Origin: a bacterium
Lineage (GTDB): Bacteria > Patescibacteriota > Minisyncoccia > Phycocordibacterales > UBA918
NCBI GenBank assembly: GCA_002710785.1
Contig: PAMC01000018.1
Coordinates: forward strand, 10,515-74,514
Reading direction: 5' to 3'
Length of the DNA: 64,000 bases
A program made the translations under genes and the position numbers. Numbering within the stretch: the first letter of the stretch is position 1; every line of letters starts with the position of its first letter. The notes beneath the pieces are model-generated. The model searched no databases, was not told where the DNA came from, and saw only the letters and a program-made list of their open reading frames with translations. Of the stretch, positions 37,014 to 47,135 are shown one piece after another.

Positions 37014-38243
37014 ATGCGATACGGACTCATCACCCTCTGGATACTGCTCGGCGTAGCCGCTGTCGGCTGGCAGTTTATCGCTACCCCCGCGCACGCCCAG
37101 ACGGCCGATGAAGCGGCTGTGGTGTACATGTTTGGTCGCGACGACTGTGGTTTTTGTAAAAAGCAATTTGTTTGGCTCGAAACCGAGGGTATAACGTACC
37201 AGTACCTCAATATCGCTGAAGATGCTGAGGCACGCGTGCTCTATGACGCAATAACCGAAAAGCACGCCGCTCCAAAAGTGACACCGGTGACGGTCGTTGG
37301 CGAGCGGGTAATCGTTGGCTTTAACGGACCAGAGACTACGGGCGCCAGCATCAAAGCGGCCATCAGTGCAGCCGCCACCAGCGGCATCGTGACACTCGAA
37401 GACCACATTGCACGCGCACCACAGCAAGAGATAATTGTCGGTGGCGGCTGCACCGGCGTCGCTTGTGATGCTGGCGCCAGCCAGCAGTACGTCTTTGATT
37501 TGCCGCTACTGGGACTAGTTGATTTGCAGACTTTTTCGCTCACTACGCTCTCAGTGGTGCTCGGCGTCATTGACGGCTTCAACCCGTGCGCGATGTGGGT
37601 GCTCGTCACTTTTTTGGTCCTCCTCTCACAAGCTGGCAGCCGACAACGGATGATTTTCTTGGCTGGTCTCTTTATTCTCGCTCAGGGCATTATGTACAAC
37701 CTGATTCTCAACGTCTGGTACCAGACCTGGGACTTCATTGCGCTCGATGAGTACGTAACGCCACTGGTTGGCGCGGTCGCGCTCGGTGGCGGCCTCTTCT
37801 TCCTCTACCGCTGGTGGAAGAATCGTAACAGTGCGCTTGTGTGTGACATTAGCGACATCGAGTCGCAGGCTAAGACCACCACTCGCTTCCAGGAGATTGC
37901 CAGCAAGCCGATCACTATCGCGTCTGTATTCGCCATTCTGGTGATTGCTTTTTCGGTAAATATTATTGAGTTCGCCTGTTCGATTGGTATTCCGCAGGCG
38001 TACACGAAAATTCTCGAGCTCAACCTCCTCAGCTTTGTTGAGCGGCAGTGGTACATCTTTATTTTCACGCTCGGCTACATGCTCGACGACGTGGTGGTCT
38101 TCGCTTTGGCGATTTGGGGCTTTGGTAAGTTGCAGGCGCACGGACAAAAGTACGCCCAGCTGTCGCTCCTGATTGGTGGCGCACTTATGCTTGCGCTTGG
38201 AGTATTGCTCATGCTTGCGCCTGAGCTTCTCGTGCTGGCGTAG
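37014..38243 (+). CDS. Glutaredoxin-like domain fused to DsbD/CcdA-like membrane domain
   Basis: 'CGFC', 'DGFNPCAMWVL', 'EFACSIG' and multiple TMs. Confidence 0.75.
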   Translation: MRYGLITLWILLGVAAVGWQFIATPAHAQTADEAAVVYMFGRDDCGFCKKQFVWLETEGITYQYLNIAEDAEARVLYDAITEKHAAPKVTPVTVVGERVIVGFNGPETTGASIKAAISAAATSGIVTLEDHIARAPQQEIIVGGGCTGVACDAGASQQYVFDLPLLGLVDLQTFSLTTLSVVLGVIDGFNPCAMWVLVTFLVLLSQAGSRQRMIFLAGLFILAQGIMYNLILNVWYQTWDFIALDEYVTPLVGAVALGGGLFFLYRWWKNRNSALVCDISDIESQAKTTTRFQEIASKPITIASVFAILVIAFSVNIIEFACSIGIPQAYTKILELNLLSFVERQWYIFIFTLGYMLDDVVVFALAIWGFGKLQAHGQKYAQLSLLIGGALMLALGVLLMLAPELLVLA

Positions 38244-38252
38244 TTGCTGTAA

Positions 38253-38630
38253 CTACGCAGTAGCGAAAATAATTTCGCGAACTTTTTTGGCGAGCTCTTC
38301 GAGGCTCGACTCACCTTTAATAATGTACTCGGTGATACCACTCTCGTACGCGCCGCCGATATTTTTTACATCGTCCATTGCGCTCATAATTACTACCTTA
38401 GCGTTCATGCCCCAGCGGTCCTCGCGCAGTTTCTTGAGCATCTCGTGACCATCCATAATTGGCATCATGAGGTCAAGGAGAATAACGTCGGGGTGTTCAG
38501 AGAGAGAAAACTGCAGACCCTGCTGTCCATCCTCGGCCTCGATTACGTGGTAGCCAACATTACGTAGGTAGTCGGCCATCGCTTCGCGAATATCTTGTTC
38601 GTCTTCTACAATTAGGACTTTCTTCTTCAT
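38253..38630 (-). CDS. Single-domain response regulator
   Basis: 'LIVEDE', 'LLDLMMP..DG', conserved K. Confidence 0.92.
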   Translation of the reverse strand: MKKKVLIVEDEQDIREAMADYLRNVGYHVIEAEDGQQGLQFSLSEHPDVILLDLMMPIMDGHEMLKKLREDRWGMNAKVVIMSAMDDVKNIGGAYESGITEYIIKGESSLEELAKKVREIIFATA

Positions 38631-38698
38631 ACCGAGATAGTAGCACAGATTTGTGTGCAAATGAGGATGCCGCTGTTGCTGGCTGTTATCATGGTGCT

Positions 38699-39988
38699 AT
38701 GCAGCTCTCGTTTTCGCAGCGCATCGTCTCCGGTCTACGCACATTGTGGCTAGTAGTTTTTACGCCAGTGCTCGTCGCGTTAGTGGCGTACGTCTTACTC
38801 TCAGTGCTGACGATTCCCGGGTGGATGATTTTAATTCCACTCTTTCTACTTAGTACCATCTACGTGTATCGCCGCAGCCGCAGCCGTCGTAATCAAGCTG
38901 TCTCCTACACGCCGCAAACCACAGAGCTAGCCTTTGCAAAAGCGCAACTCCAGCACCTCTTTGAGCACAGTCCGGTGCCATACCTGCGTATCGACCAGGC
39001 AGGCAACGTGCTGATGGCTAACTTAGCGGCCGTGCGACTCTTTGGTGCGACGACTGAAACCGTTACTACCATTCGGCTCTTTGAGCGCATACAGACGGAT
39101 CCAAACGCCGAACTTTCGGTGCTCCTTGGTAAATTAGAGTCTGGGGTCTCAATCGACGACCTCGAGTTTATTATCAGCACACTTGGTGGGGAAGAGCGAT
39201 GGGTACGCATGTCTATCTACGTTGCCGGTATCAATGCGCCCGAGCGACTAGTAACGCTAGTCGACATTACGCAGCAGAAGCGCATCGACCAAGCCAAGTC
39301 GGAGTTTGTGGCGTTGGCAGCGCACCAACTCCGTACGCCGATCGCGGCGATTCGCTGGAACGTAGAGCTCTTGGAGAGCACCGACCTCTCGTCATTTGTC
39401 GAGAAGCAGCGCAGCTACCTCGGTAAAGTGGCGCGCAACGCCGCGCGTATGATGACGCTCATTAACGACTTCTTGAGTGTCTCGAAGCTCGAAACAGGCA
39501 CCTTCGAAGCCGACCCAGAGACGGTTGATTTTACTGCCTACCTAGGCGAAATCATTGACGAGTTTGCTGCTCTCGTCAGCCAGAAGCAACTCGAGGTAAC
39601 ACTCCATCCACCCGCCATCCCAGCTACAGCGACAGCTGACATGCGGCTCTTACACATTGTCACCAGCAACTTAATTTCCAATGCCTGCAAGTACACGCCG
39701 GCACAGGGTCGCGTCACGGTTACGTACACTACCGACGGAACCACCATTACGTTTACTGTGAAGGATACCGGTATCGGCGTGCCGCAGAGTGAGCAGGGGC
39801 GGCTGTTTAGCAAATTCTTCCGCGCCACGAACGCACGCAAGCACCGCCAAGAGGGAACTGGCTTAGGTCTCTACATCGTAAAGCAATCGGCAGAGATGAT
39901 GGGTGGTACTATTGCGATGCAGTCGACCGAAGGGCAGGGCAGTACGTTTATCGTGACGTTTCCGATGCAGCCAGCCCCTCAGGCATAA
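38699..39988 (+). CDS. PAS sensor histidine kinase
   Basis: 2 TMs, PAS, 'AHQLRTP', 'NLISNACKY', 'DTGIG', 'GTGLGL'. Confidence 0.92.
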   Translation: MQLSFSQRIVSGLRTLWLVVFTPVLVALVAYVLLSVLTIPGWMILIPLFLLSTIYVYRRSRSRRNQAVSYTPQTTELAFAKAQLQHLFEHSPVPYLRIDQAGNVLMANLAAVRLFGATTETVTTIRLFERIQTDPNAELSVLLGKLESGVSIDDLEFIISTLGGEERWVRMSIYVAGINAPERLVTLVDITQQKRIDQAKSEFVALAAHQLRTPIAAIRWNVELLESTDLSSFVEKQRSYLGKVARNAARMMTLINDFLSVSKLETGTFEADPETVDFTAYLGEIIDEFAALVSQKQLEVTLHPPAIPATATADMRLLHIVTSNLISNACKYTPAQGRVTVTYTTDGTTITFTVKDTGIGVPQSEQGRLFSKFFRATNARKHRQEGTGLGLYIVKQSAEMMGGTIAMQSTEGQGSTFIVTFPMQPAPQA

Positions 39989-40723
39989 CTACCACTCTGG
40001 TTTCTGTGCGTAGAGCGTAATCGTGCGTCGCTTACGTGCCCTACCTCGGCTCACGTGCTTGTGTGAGCGGTAGATTTTTTTGATGGTAAATTCGGGCTCA
40101 AGAAAGTCACGCAGGTCCGCCTCAAAGTAGACGTGCTCGGGCACGCCCATAACGGGGTGGATGTACGTGTTTGCTTCTTTAGCCGGCACTTCCTCAAGTA
40201 GACGTTTGGTGTGCAGGTCGCCGTCTGCTAGGTGCGTTTTCATAAATAGGTATCCGCCGGGCTTGAGCACTCGCAGCATCTCACTACGAAGCTGATCGCG
40301 TTCTTTGGCGCTGAGAAAATGCGAGGTCATCATGTCAAGCACTATGTCGCATGAAGCATCGGGCAGATTGGGGAACGTACCGGCTATACTTCGTGCCTCG
40401 TAGGTGAGCTTAAAGTCTTTTGAAGCGGTGCGGGCAATTTTAATGGCGGCACTCGAGACATCGTAGCCAACACCAGCAACGCCAAACTGCTCAGCCAAGT
40501 AGATAAGGTTGCGCCCATTGCCACAGCCAAAATCAGCGACAAAGGCACCGGGGTGTAAGTGCTCCGTACCGTGTTCTCGGGCCAGCCAGCGACAGAATTT
40601 TTTCAGGTCCTCTGCTGCTTCGTCTGAGAGCTTTAGGTGTCCACCCTCAGTGTACTCATGGTCCCAAAAACTAGCGCCGTGCCGTTTGCGCTTAATTTTT
40701 CGTTTAAATGGACGCTTTGCCAT
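39989..40723 (-). CDS. Class I SAM-dependent methyltransferase
   Basis: 'DFGCGNGRN'; basic N-terminal extension. Confidence 0.85.
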   Translation of the reverse strand: MAKRPFKRKIKRKRHGASFWDHEYTEGGHLKLSDEAAEDLKKFCRWLAREHGTEHLHPGAFVADFGCGNGRNLIYLAEQFGVAGVGYDVSSAAIKIARTASKDFKLTYEARSIAGTFPNLPDASCDIVLDMMTSHFLSAKERDQLRSEMLRVLKPGGYLFMKTHLADGDLHTKRLLEEVPAKEANTYIHPVMGVPEHVYFEADLRDFLEPEFTIKKIYRSHKHVSRGRARKRRTITLYAQKPEW

Positions 40724-40819
40724 GGGCGCATTAGATCACAGCTGCAGCGTTAAAACAACCACATTGGTTAGAGCAGGGTCTGCTACAATGGTGGGCGTTA
40801 CACACTGAAAATCTTTTCT

Positions 40820-41527
40820 ATGTTTAAAAAGCACGGAGTCAAACTTACCATTCTCGCCGTCGTACTACTGTTTGCTGGCGCCATTTACTACGCCAATTTA
40901 GCTGCCTCACAAGCCAACGTCGGCGTAGTAATCGAACCGAATATCAAAGGTAACCCTGACGGGGCCGTGACGCTCGTTGAGTACAGCGATTTTCAGTGCC
41001 CAGCTTGTGCGGCCGCCGTACCTGTAGTGAACGATTTGCTTGAGGAGTACGGTGAGGATGTGCGCTTTGAGTACCGCCATTTCCCGCTCGTGACCATTAA
41101 CCCATTAGCTATCCCGGCTGCGCGAGCTGTTGAAGCAGCTGGTCAACAGGGTCAGTTTTGGCCAATGCACGACCTCTTGTTCGAGAATCAGCAGACGTGG
41201 TCGACTGCCGCGAACCCAACGACTTTCTTCATCGCGTACGCTGAGGAGCTCGAGCTCGATGTAGCCACATTCCGCCGCCACCTCGATGCGTCCGTCATCG
41301 AAGAGCACATTCAAGATCAGTTTGGCGAAGCGCGCCAGCAAGGTTTTACAGGCACCCCAACCTTTACGCTCAACGGAGAGCGTATGCAGTTTAGTACCTA
41401 CGATGATTTTGTCGCGCAGGTTGGTGCTGCAGTTGCAACCGCCAACGGCGAAACTCCCGAGAGCGCTGAGCAAAGCGCAGCAGAACCAAGCTCAGCCTCA
41501 GACCTTGGCCTCGAGTTTGGTATCTAG
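40820..41527 (+). CDS. DsbA-family thioredoxin
   Basis: 'EYSDFQCPAC', 'RHFPL', 'GTPTF'. Confidence 0.9.
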   Translation: MFKKHGVKLTILAVVLLFAGAIYYANLAASQANVGVVIEPNIKGNPDGAVTLVEYSDFQCPACAAAVPVVNDLLEEYGEDVRFEYRHFPLVTINPLAIPAARAVEAAGQQGQFWPMHDLLFENQQTWSTAANPTTFFIAYAEELELDVATFRRHLDASVIEEHIQDQFGEARQQGFTGTPTFTLNGERMQFSTYDDFVAQVGAAVATANGETPESAEQSAAEPSSASDLGLEFGI

Positions 41528-42426
41528 AAAAGAGATCTAAGTAGTCTCAGATAGAAAGGCTTACTCAGGTGAGCCTTTTTTAGTGCGTATTGAATAGTCT
41601 CGTACGGAAAATTAACTCCGTTGAGCTCTTGCACTTGTCGCCAGCCTGGCTGCCAGTTTAGTTCCAAAAATAAGCAAGCATTATCGTGTGTGAGTATGTC
41701 AATGCCGGCAATCTCAGCTCCAAACGCTGCCGATACTTTCTCAGCAAATGGATAAAGCAGCTTGGTCATCTCCGGCTCTGTTTTTCTGATTTCGCCGCCA
41801 ACGTGCAAATTGGCCCTAAAATCATTGTTCCCGGGTTGTTTTTTGTAACTAGCCAGCGCTTTTCCATTGACCGTGTACACCCGATACTCAGTGGCGTGTT
41901 CAATATATTTCTGGCAGATAAAATTTTTATGGTGATACTGCGTTAGATGGTCATGTAACTGTTTTTCAGATTCGATCAGTGCAACAGCATTTCCTTTAGA
42001 ACCTTCATCAGGCTTAACCACAAACGGTACTCCCAACTGATCGGCCACCTCATTAAATTGTATCGTTTGTGCCCAGATGGTTTGTGGTTGCGGGATATTA
42101 AAACGGCTAGCTATTAACGCCTGGCGGATTTTTTTATGGAGGGCGTGATGTCGGGCACCATCATTGAGGACCGGAATCCCAGCTTTTCGCATATGGTACG
42201 CCACCTCCTCTAGCGCACTGTTGCGCAGGCCAGTGCGGTAGTAGATTACGTCAAACTGCTTGAGTCGATGTAGAAAATCGCTGTCGGCGAACGACGAAAG
42301 AGTAACGTGAGCGGGAGATATCTTTTCTAACCGTACACCATATTCCCATGCAGTATCCTTGAGCTCTTGAAATGGTGGGGTGTCAAGGTTTGTTATGACA
42401 CCAATTGAGTATTGAGTGTGTTGCAT
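41524..42426 (-). CDS. RimK-like ATP-grasp ligase
   Basis: 'VVKP..GSKG', 'CQKYI', 'FRANLHVGG', 'GIDIL', 'LELN..PG'. Confidence 0.85.
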   Translation of the reverse strand: MQHTQYSIGVITNLDTPPFQELKDTAWEYGVRLEKISPAHVTLSSFADSDFLHRLKQFDVIYYRTGLRNSALEEVAYHMRKAGIPVLNDGARHHALHKKIRQALIASRFNIPQPQTIWAQTIQFNEVADQLGVPFVVKPDEGSKGNAVALIESEKQLHDHLTQYHHKNFICQKYIEHATEYRVYTVNGKALASYKKQPGNNDFRANLHVGGEIRKTEPEMTKLLYPFAEKVSAAFGAEIAGIDILTHDNACLFLELNWQPGWRQVQELNGVNFPYETIQYALKKAHLSKPFYLRLLRSLF

Positions 42427-42575
42427 ATTGAGCTCCAGTATTCTTCAGAACTGTTAGGATTTTGTCAATGATTTGCATTTGACAAGATGTGTGTTTTGGT
42501 GCGTAAAAACACAAAAATTGTACTATGATTGTGTTTCTGCCAATTGAATACTGAATGTAATACCCCAGGCGGATC

Positions 42576-43970
42576 ATGAAGAAAGACAAAAACATACTAC
42601 TGTTTGTTGGTACGTTTGCCGATCGCTACGCAAACTATATCGCGCAATATGAGGCGAAATATGAAAAACACTTTCGCACGATGTTGCTTCGGGACTCAAA
42701 GCTGAGAAAGCTGGAAAAAGAACCGACTTGTGACATTTTTGTGGAGTGTGATTTTAGTAAACCACACAAAATTGCTGAGGTGCTCTTACCTTACCAGGAT
42801 GAGCTGCTGGCGGTGACATGCCGCACGGAGCAGCAGATAGCCCGGTTTGCACAGGTGATTCCGCATGTGCCTTACCTGCGCACACCGACTACCGAATCGC
42901 TAGCCTGGGCTGCTGATAAGTACGAGATGCGCAAACGGTTTAATTTGGGTGCCAAGAAATACAATCCTCGGTTTACCTGGGTTAAGAACGCGACTGCCAG
43001 TGAACGCCGACGGGTAATTGAAAAAGTCGGTTTTCCGCTTGTCATCAAACCGACAAGCTTGGCCGGCAGCTTGTTTGTCAGCATTTGCTACCACGAAGAT
43101 GAGCTGCACAAAACGCTCCAGTCGTCGTTTCGTAGAGTGCGCGCTGCCTACAAAAAGGATAGTCGTCTAGAAGAGCCGAAAATTATTGCCGAGGAGTACA
43201 TCGAGGGTGAGCTGTACTCGATAGATTCGTACGTTAACAGTCGAGGCGCGGTCTACCACTGCCCGCTCGTTCGTCAGCGAACTGCCCGTGAGCGCGGCGG
43301 AGACGACCTGTATAACTACCTGCAAATCACACCTACCGCGCTTAAATCAACCACGATAGCTAAAGCTGAAGAAGTAGCAGAAGCGGCGATTCATGCCCTG
43401 GGCTTACGAAGTGTAACTGCTCATACTGAGCTCATTAAACACGACGATGAGTGGAAGATCGTTGAGGTAGGTCCACGCCCGGGCGGACAGCGCGATCTTT
43501 TGCACAGCCTGAGTTGCGACATCAACCACACCATGAATGACCTCTTAGTTCGCATACCGCGCAAACCGGTTATACCAAAAAAATGCCAAGGCTTCGCTGC
43601 GTACCTTAAATATTATGCTCAGAGAGAAGGGGAGATCACTGAAACGAAGGGTATTAAAAAGATCGAAGAACTCGACTCATTTAATTCGATTGTCGTTAAC
43701 AAAAGAGTTGGCGACCGAGCAATTTTTGCACGCAACGGCGGTCGGTCAATTTTTAATGTTGTACTGTATAACAACGATCGAGCCAAACTACTGGCCGATA
43801 TTCGACGAATTGAGCAGATGGTAAGCGTTAGGGTCCTGACGCGCGGCAAAAAGGCGCACGCCACAAAAAAGGCCGGCGTGACGACTAACCAGAAAAAAGC
43901 GACGATCAAGACAACCGTAAAGAAGGTGGCAAAGAAAACTGTCAAAAGAAAATCTGCTAAGAAAAAGTGA
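42576..43970 (+). CDS. ATP-grasp domain protein with Lys-rich tail
   Basis: 'DKYEMR', 'LVIKP', 'EEYIEG', 'HTE', 'EVGPRPGG'. Confidence 0.82.
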   Translation: MKKDKNILLFVGTFADRYANYIAQYEAKYEKHFRTMLLRDSKLRKLEKEPTCDIFVECDFSKPHKIAEVLLPYQDELLAVTCRTEQQIARFAQVIPHVPYLRTPTTESLAWAADKYEMRKRFNLGAKKYNPRFTWVKNATASERRRVIEKVGFPLVIKPTSLAGSLFVSICYHEDELHKTLQSSFRRVRAAYKKDSRLEEPKIIAEEYIEGELYSIDSYVNSRGAVYHCPLVRQRTARERGGDDLYNYLQITPTALKSTTIAKAEEVAEAAIHALGLRSVTAHTELIKHDDEWKIVEVGPRPGGQRDLLHSLSCDINHTMNDLLVRIPRKPVIPKKCQGFAAYLKYYAQREGEITETKGIKKIEELDSFNSIVVNKRVGDRAIFARNGGRSIFNVVLYNNDRAKLLADIRRIEQMVSVRVLTRGKKAHATKKAGVTTNQKKATIKTTVKKVAKKTVKRKSAKKK

Positions 43971-43974
43971 TATG

Positions 43975-44007
43975 CAAACCACCGCCCGTAGACCGGGCGG
44001 TGGTTTG
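43975..44007. terminator. 14-bp hairpin (CAAACCACC family)
   Basis: CAAACCACCGCCCG-TAGAC-CGGGCGGTGGTTTG. Confidence 0.65.
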
Positions 44008-44020
44008 GTATGATTGGTGC

Positions 44021-44821
44021 ATGATACGGACGCGCGATTTCATTCTCTACCTCACCGTGCTTGGGTTTGTGCTCTTGGGTGCGACGTACACGGGTTTTTC
44101 GGAGCGGGCTGCGTCCACGGCGGCGGTCATTATGCTACCCGAAGTTGCTGAGGCGCCAACCGTGTCTGCGTTTGCCTATGAGCGTCCAAATACGCTAGCC
44201 CAGCGCTGGCAAGAGCTCCGTCAGCGTCTAGCTGGAGGCGAAGGATATCGCAGAGATGCGCCAGCAGTATTTACCTCGGTCGATCAGACTGCCGCTCAAG
44301 AAGCAGCTGAGGCGACGAGCAGTGCCGGATTTAGCGGCGTACGTAGCGTGCAGTGGTGTGGTGCACCTGTACCCGCAGCTATGGTGGCCAGTTGGCCGGC
44401 GGGCGGAACCCTACGGGTAGTTGAAGGACAGCGCACACTGGTGGTTGAGACTACCGAAGAGATCAATAACGGCTCGACTACCGAGATGGTTCTCACCGAA
44501 GAGATTGCGCTAGCGCTACCGATACGCACCGTGCGGTCTACCTTCGACAGCTGTGTGCCCGATACCCTCGTTGGTGTAACCACTGCCGGACAACCGCTAC
44601 TTAATGATGCCGCCAGCACCTACCAGAACTTCTTAGAAACTCAGGTGGTAGGCTACACTCGCGACGGGTTTGCCGTGTACGGTCCGGTTGCCGATGCGGC
44701 GCAACTCGATGCTTGTGGTGGTCGCTACAGTCTGAACGGGCAGTATCAGTACCACGTTCGCACCAACGAGCCGTTTATTTTAGGTTGTTACGCTGGGGTT
44801 CCAATAAATATTGACATCTAA
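44021..44821 (+). CDS. Membrane-anchored protein with YHYH-like C-terminal domain
   Basis: 'GY.RDGFAVYGP...LDACGG...YQYH'. Confidence 0.6.
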   Translation: MIRTRDFILYLTVLGFVLLGATYTGFSERAASTAAVIMLPEVAEAPTVSAFAYERPNTLAQRWQELRQRLAGGEGYRRDAPAVFTSVDQTAAQEAAEATSSAGFSGVRSVQWCGAPVPAAMVASWPAGGTLRVVEGQRTLVVETTEEINNGSTTEMVLTEEIALALPIRTVRSTFDSCVPDTLVGVTTAGQPLLNDAASTYQNFLETQVVGYTRDGFAVYGPVADAAQLDACGGRYSLNGQYQYHVRTNEPFILGCYAGVPINIDI

Positions 44822-44865
44822 ACAAAACCGTACTTAAATAAACTCGAACGTTCCAAACACATGAG

Positions 44866-45339
44866 GTGCTCGTAATGGTACGAGAGTCTGTGGCCAATGC
44901 GTTAATTCGAACAGGGTGCTGGCTAGGTGAGGATGATTTTTTTCAGCGTCGATGGGGGTTTGTTCGGTTTTTTCCAAATCGAGATCCCAAAAAGAGCACA
45001 CAGATCACTGGTGATCCAGAACAACAATCAAAATCCAATGATCCGGCTTGGCGAATCCGTTGGCACTGGCAACTGCTGTACTGCAATAGCGAAACGCCAT
45101 TCCGACCTATGACGTATGTCGGTGGCAGCATGTGGTCTGGCCCATTGCTGCCCGTTAAAACAAAGCTCTTTGCGGTTCGGGTCGGGCCGCTCAGCTCCCA
45201 ATGGATCTGTCGTCTGACAAATCGAGATGTGCTGGTTCCAAGCAAGTACACACTGGATTCAAGTCCAGTGGGTCTTGGTGAAAGGGAAGATTTGTCTGAG
45301 CGCCAGTCTGGCGCCGAAGTCGAGATAACATTTGTGTGA
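44866..45339 (+). CDS. Hypothetical protein
   Basis: GAGG RBS, upstream TTGACA; no recognisable motif. Confidence 0.4.
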   Translation: MLVMVRESVANALIRTGCWLGEDDFFQRRWGFVRFFPNRDPKKSTQITGDPEQQSKSNDPAWRIRWHWQLLYCNSETPFRPMTYVGGSMWSGPLLPVKTKLFAVRVGPLSSQWICRLTNRDVLVPSKYTLDSSPVGLGEREDLSERQSGAEVEITFV

Positions 45340-45458
45340 ATCCGCCCACGATCTGCTGATCGTGGGTGTTTTATAATATTCAACATATGAAATACGTGCT
45401 ATTTATGTTGCGTGTACAGCTACAGCGCTGATGTTGATTGGTTGATATACTGACTAGC

Positions 45459-45593
45459 ATGAAAAAATTTCCTGAAGGTTTTTACTGGGGTGAGAAGTGC
45501 TGGGAGCACTTCGCAAGACCTTGCCTGGTATTTTCGGAGAAAATACTGACAAGGTATACAGCCTCTGTAAGAGCCAGTAAAATTAATGTATGA
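45459..45593 (+). other. 44-codon ORF whose first 11 aa mirror the GH1 N-terminus
   Basis: MKKFPEGFYWG versus MKTFPKNFYWG; its TGA overlaps the GH1 ATG. Confidence 0.55.
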
Positions 45594-46816
45594 AAACTTT
45601 CCCCAAAAATTTTTACTGGGGTGCCGCCACCGCCTCGTACCAAGTCGAGGGGTGGAATGAGAACACCGACTGGGCAAAAGCGGCTAAGGAGGAAAGGGTT
45701 CCTTCGGCTGGCCGCCTAGCTGACCACTATCACCGCTACGAAGAGGATTTTGATATCGCGAAAGAGCTTGGCCACAACGCGCACCGGTTTTCTATTGAGT
45801 GGGCACGCATCGAGCCCGAAGAAGGGAAGTTTGATTTTGCTGAGATCGAGCACTACCGCGATGTCCTAAAAGCGTTGCGAGCACGTAACATTGAGCCATT
45901 CATTACCCTTTGGCATTTCACCTTGCCACTATGGTTTTCCGAACGAGGTGGTTTTGAGCGTAAAGACGCGCCGCAGGTTTTTGCCCGCTATTGTGCGTTT
46001 GTAGTTAAAGAGCTCGGTGATCTGTGTCACTTCTTTTCTACTATGAACGAACCCAACGTGTTTGGAAGCAATGGGTGGCTGCGAGGAAGCTGGCCACCGT
46101 TTAAACGTTTTGCGGCGACCGATCTTGTGTCGATCACCAATTCTGGGCGTACCTTCGAGTCACGTGCGCAAAGAGGACTCCGTCCAGTCTTCTTGTATCG
46201 TCGTGTCATGCGTAATTTGGCACAAGCGCATAATCAAGCGTATACAGCGATTAAAGCCGAGCGGCCGGATGTGAACGTAAGTGTGGTGAAACACGTTATC
46301 TATTTTCATGCCAATTGGAACCCTTTAAACATAATTAAAGCCTGGGTGGCCAACCAGTTATGGACTCACGTCTATATGCGACGAACCCGACATCATCTCG
46401 ATTCAGTTGGCCTTAACTACTACTTTCACAAAAAGTTTGGCGATCGTACCCACTACGAAAAGACAGACATGGACTGGGACATTTACCCACAGGGTATCTA
46501 CGGATCACTTCGAATGTTGTGGAAGTATAAAAAGCCAATCTTTATTTCCGAAGCTGGTTTGGCTGATAAGGCTGACAAGTATCGCGCAGCGTACATTACC
46601 GAGCAGGTTCGGGCGGCACAGCGAGCTCTCGAAGCCGGAGTTGATCTACGCGGCCACATGTACTGGAGCTTAATGGACAACTACGAGTGGGCTCTGGGTG
46701 TTGAGAAATGTTTTGGGCTAGTAGCAATAAATTACCAAACCCTCGAGCGGACGATACGCCCGAGTGCGTGGGAGTACAAAAAAATTATCGAGGCGAATGG
46801 TGTTGAATTAGGTTAA
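45590..46816 (+). CDS. Glycoside hydrolase family 1
   Basis: 'FYWGAATASYQVEG', 'RFSIEW.RI', 'NEP', 'ISE.G', 'WSLMDNYEW'. Confidence 0.93.
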   Translation: MKTFPKNFYWGAATASYQVEGWNENTDWAKAAKEERVPSAGRLADHYHRYEEDFDIAKELGHNAHRFSIEWARIEPEEGKFDFAEIEHYRDVLKALRARNIEPFITLWHFTLPLWFSERGGFERKDAPQVFARYCAFVVKELGDLCHFFSTMNEPNVFGSNGWLRGSWPPFKRFAATDLVSITNSGRTFESRAQRGLRPVFLYRRVMRNLAQAHNQAYTAIKAERPDVNVSVVKHVIYFHANWNPLNIIKAWVANQLWTHVYMRRTRHHLDSVGLNYYFHKKFGDRTHYEKTDMDWDIYPQGIYGSLRMLWKYKKPIFISEAGLADKADKYRAAYITEQVRAAQRALEAGVDLRGHMYWSLMDNYEWALGVEKCFGLVAINYQTLERTIRPSAWEYKKIIEANGVELG

Positions 46817-47135
46817 ACATGCTATTGTGCAAACAGTAAAGGACCTCGATGGAGCAGAACATGTTAAAACACCTCCTCTTGCAGTTCTGGCAGTACTCGG
46901 GAAGAGTGGATGTGCCACGTCGAGCACTCTACACAACCACCGTCATCGGCCTGGTCGGACAACCCATCACCAATGCATTTGTGGGTTTCGTGGCCATGCT
47001 GGCAATATTGGTTGACATCTTTGATTTTACGTAGGATCTCAACCCACCAGACTGAAACCCGCCCGCGCGTTCGCACGGACATTTTGTATGGGGAAAGGAG
47101 AATAATCGCGCTTATAATAATGCCATAATTACTCT

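Noticed and set aside
36516-37427. Long antisense ORFs (also 25155-25922, 33272-33913, 15545-16192)
   Set aside because: Shadows of well-supported genes on the opposite strand with no motifs
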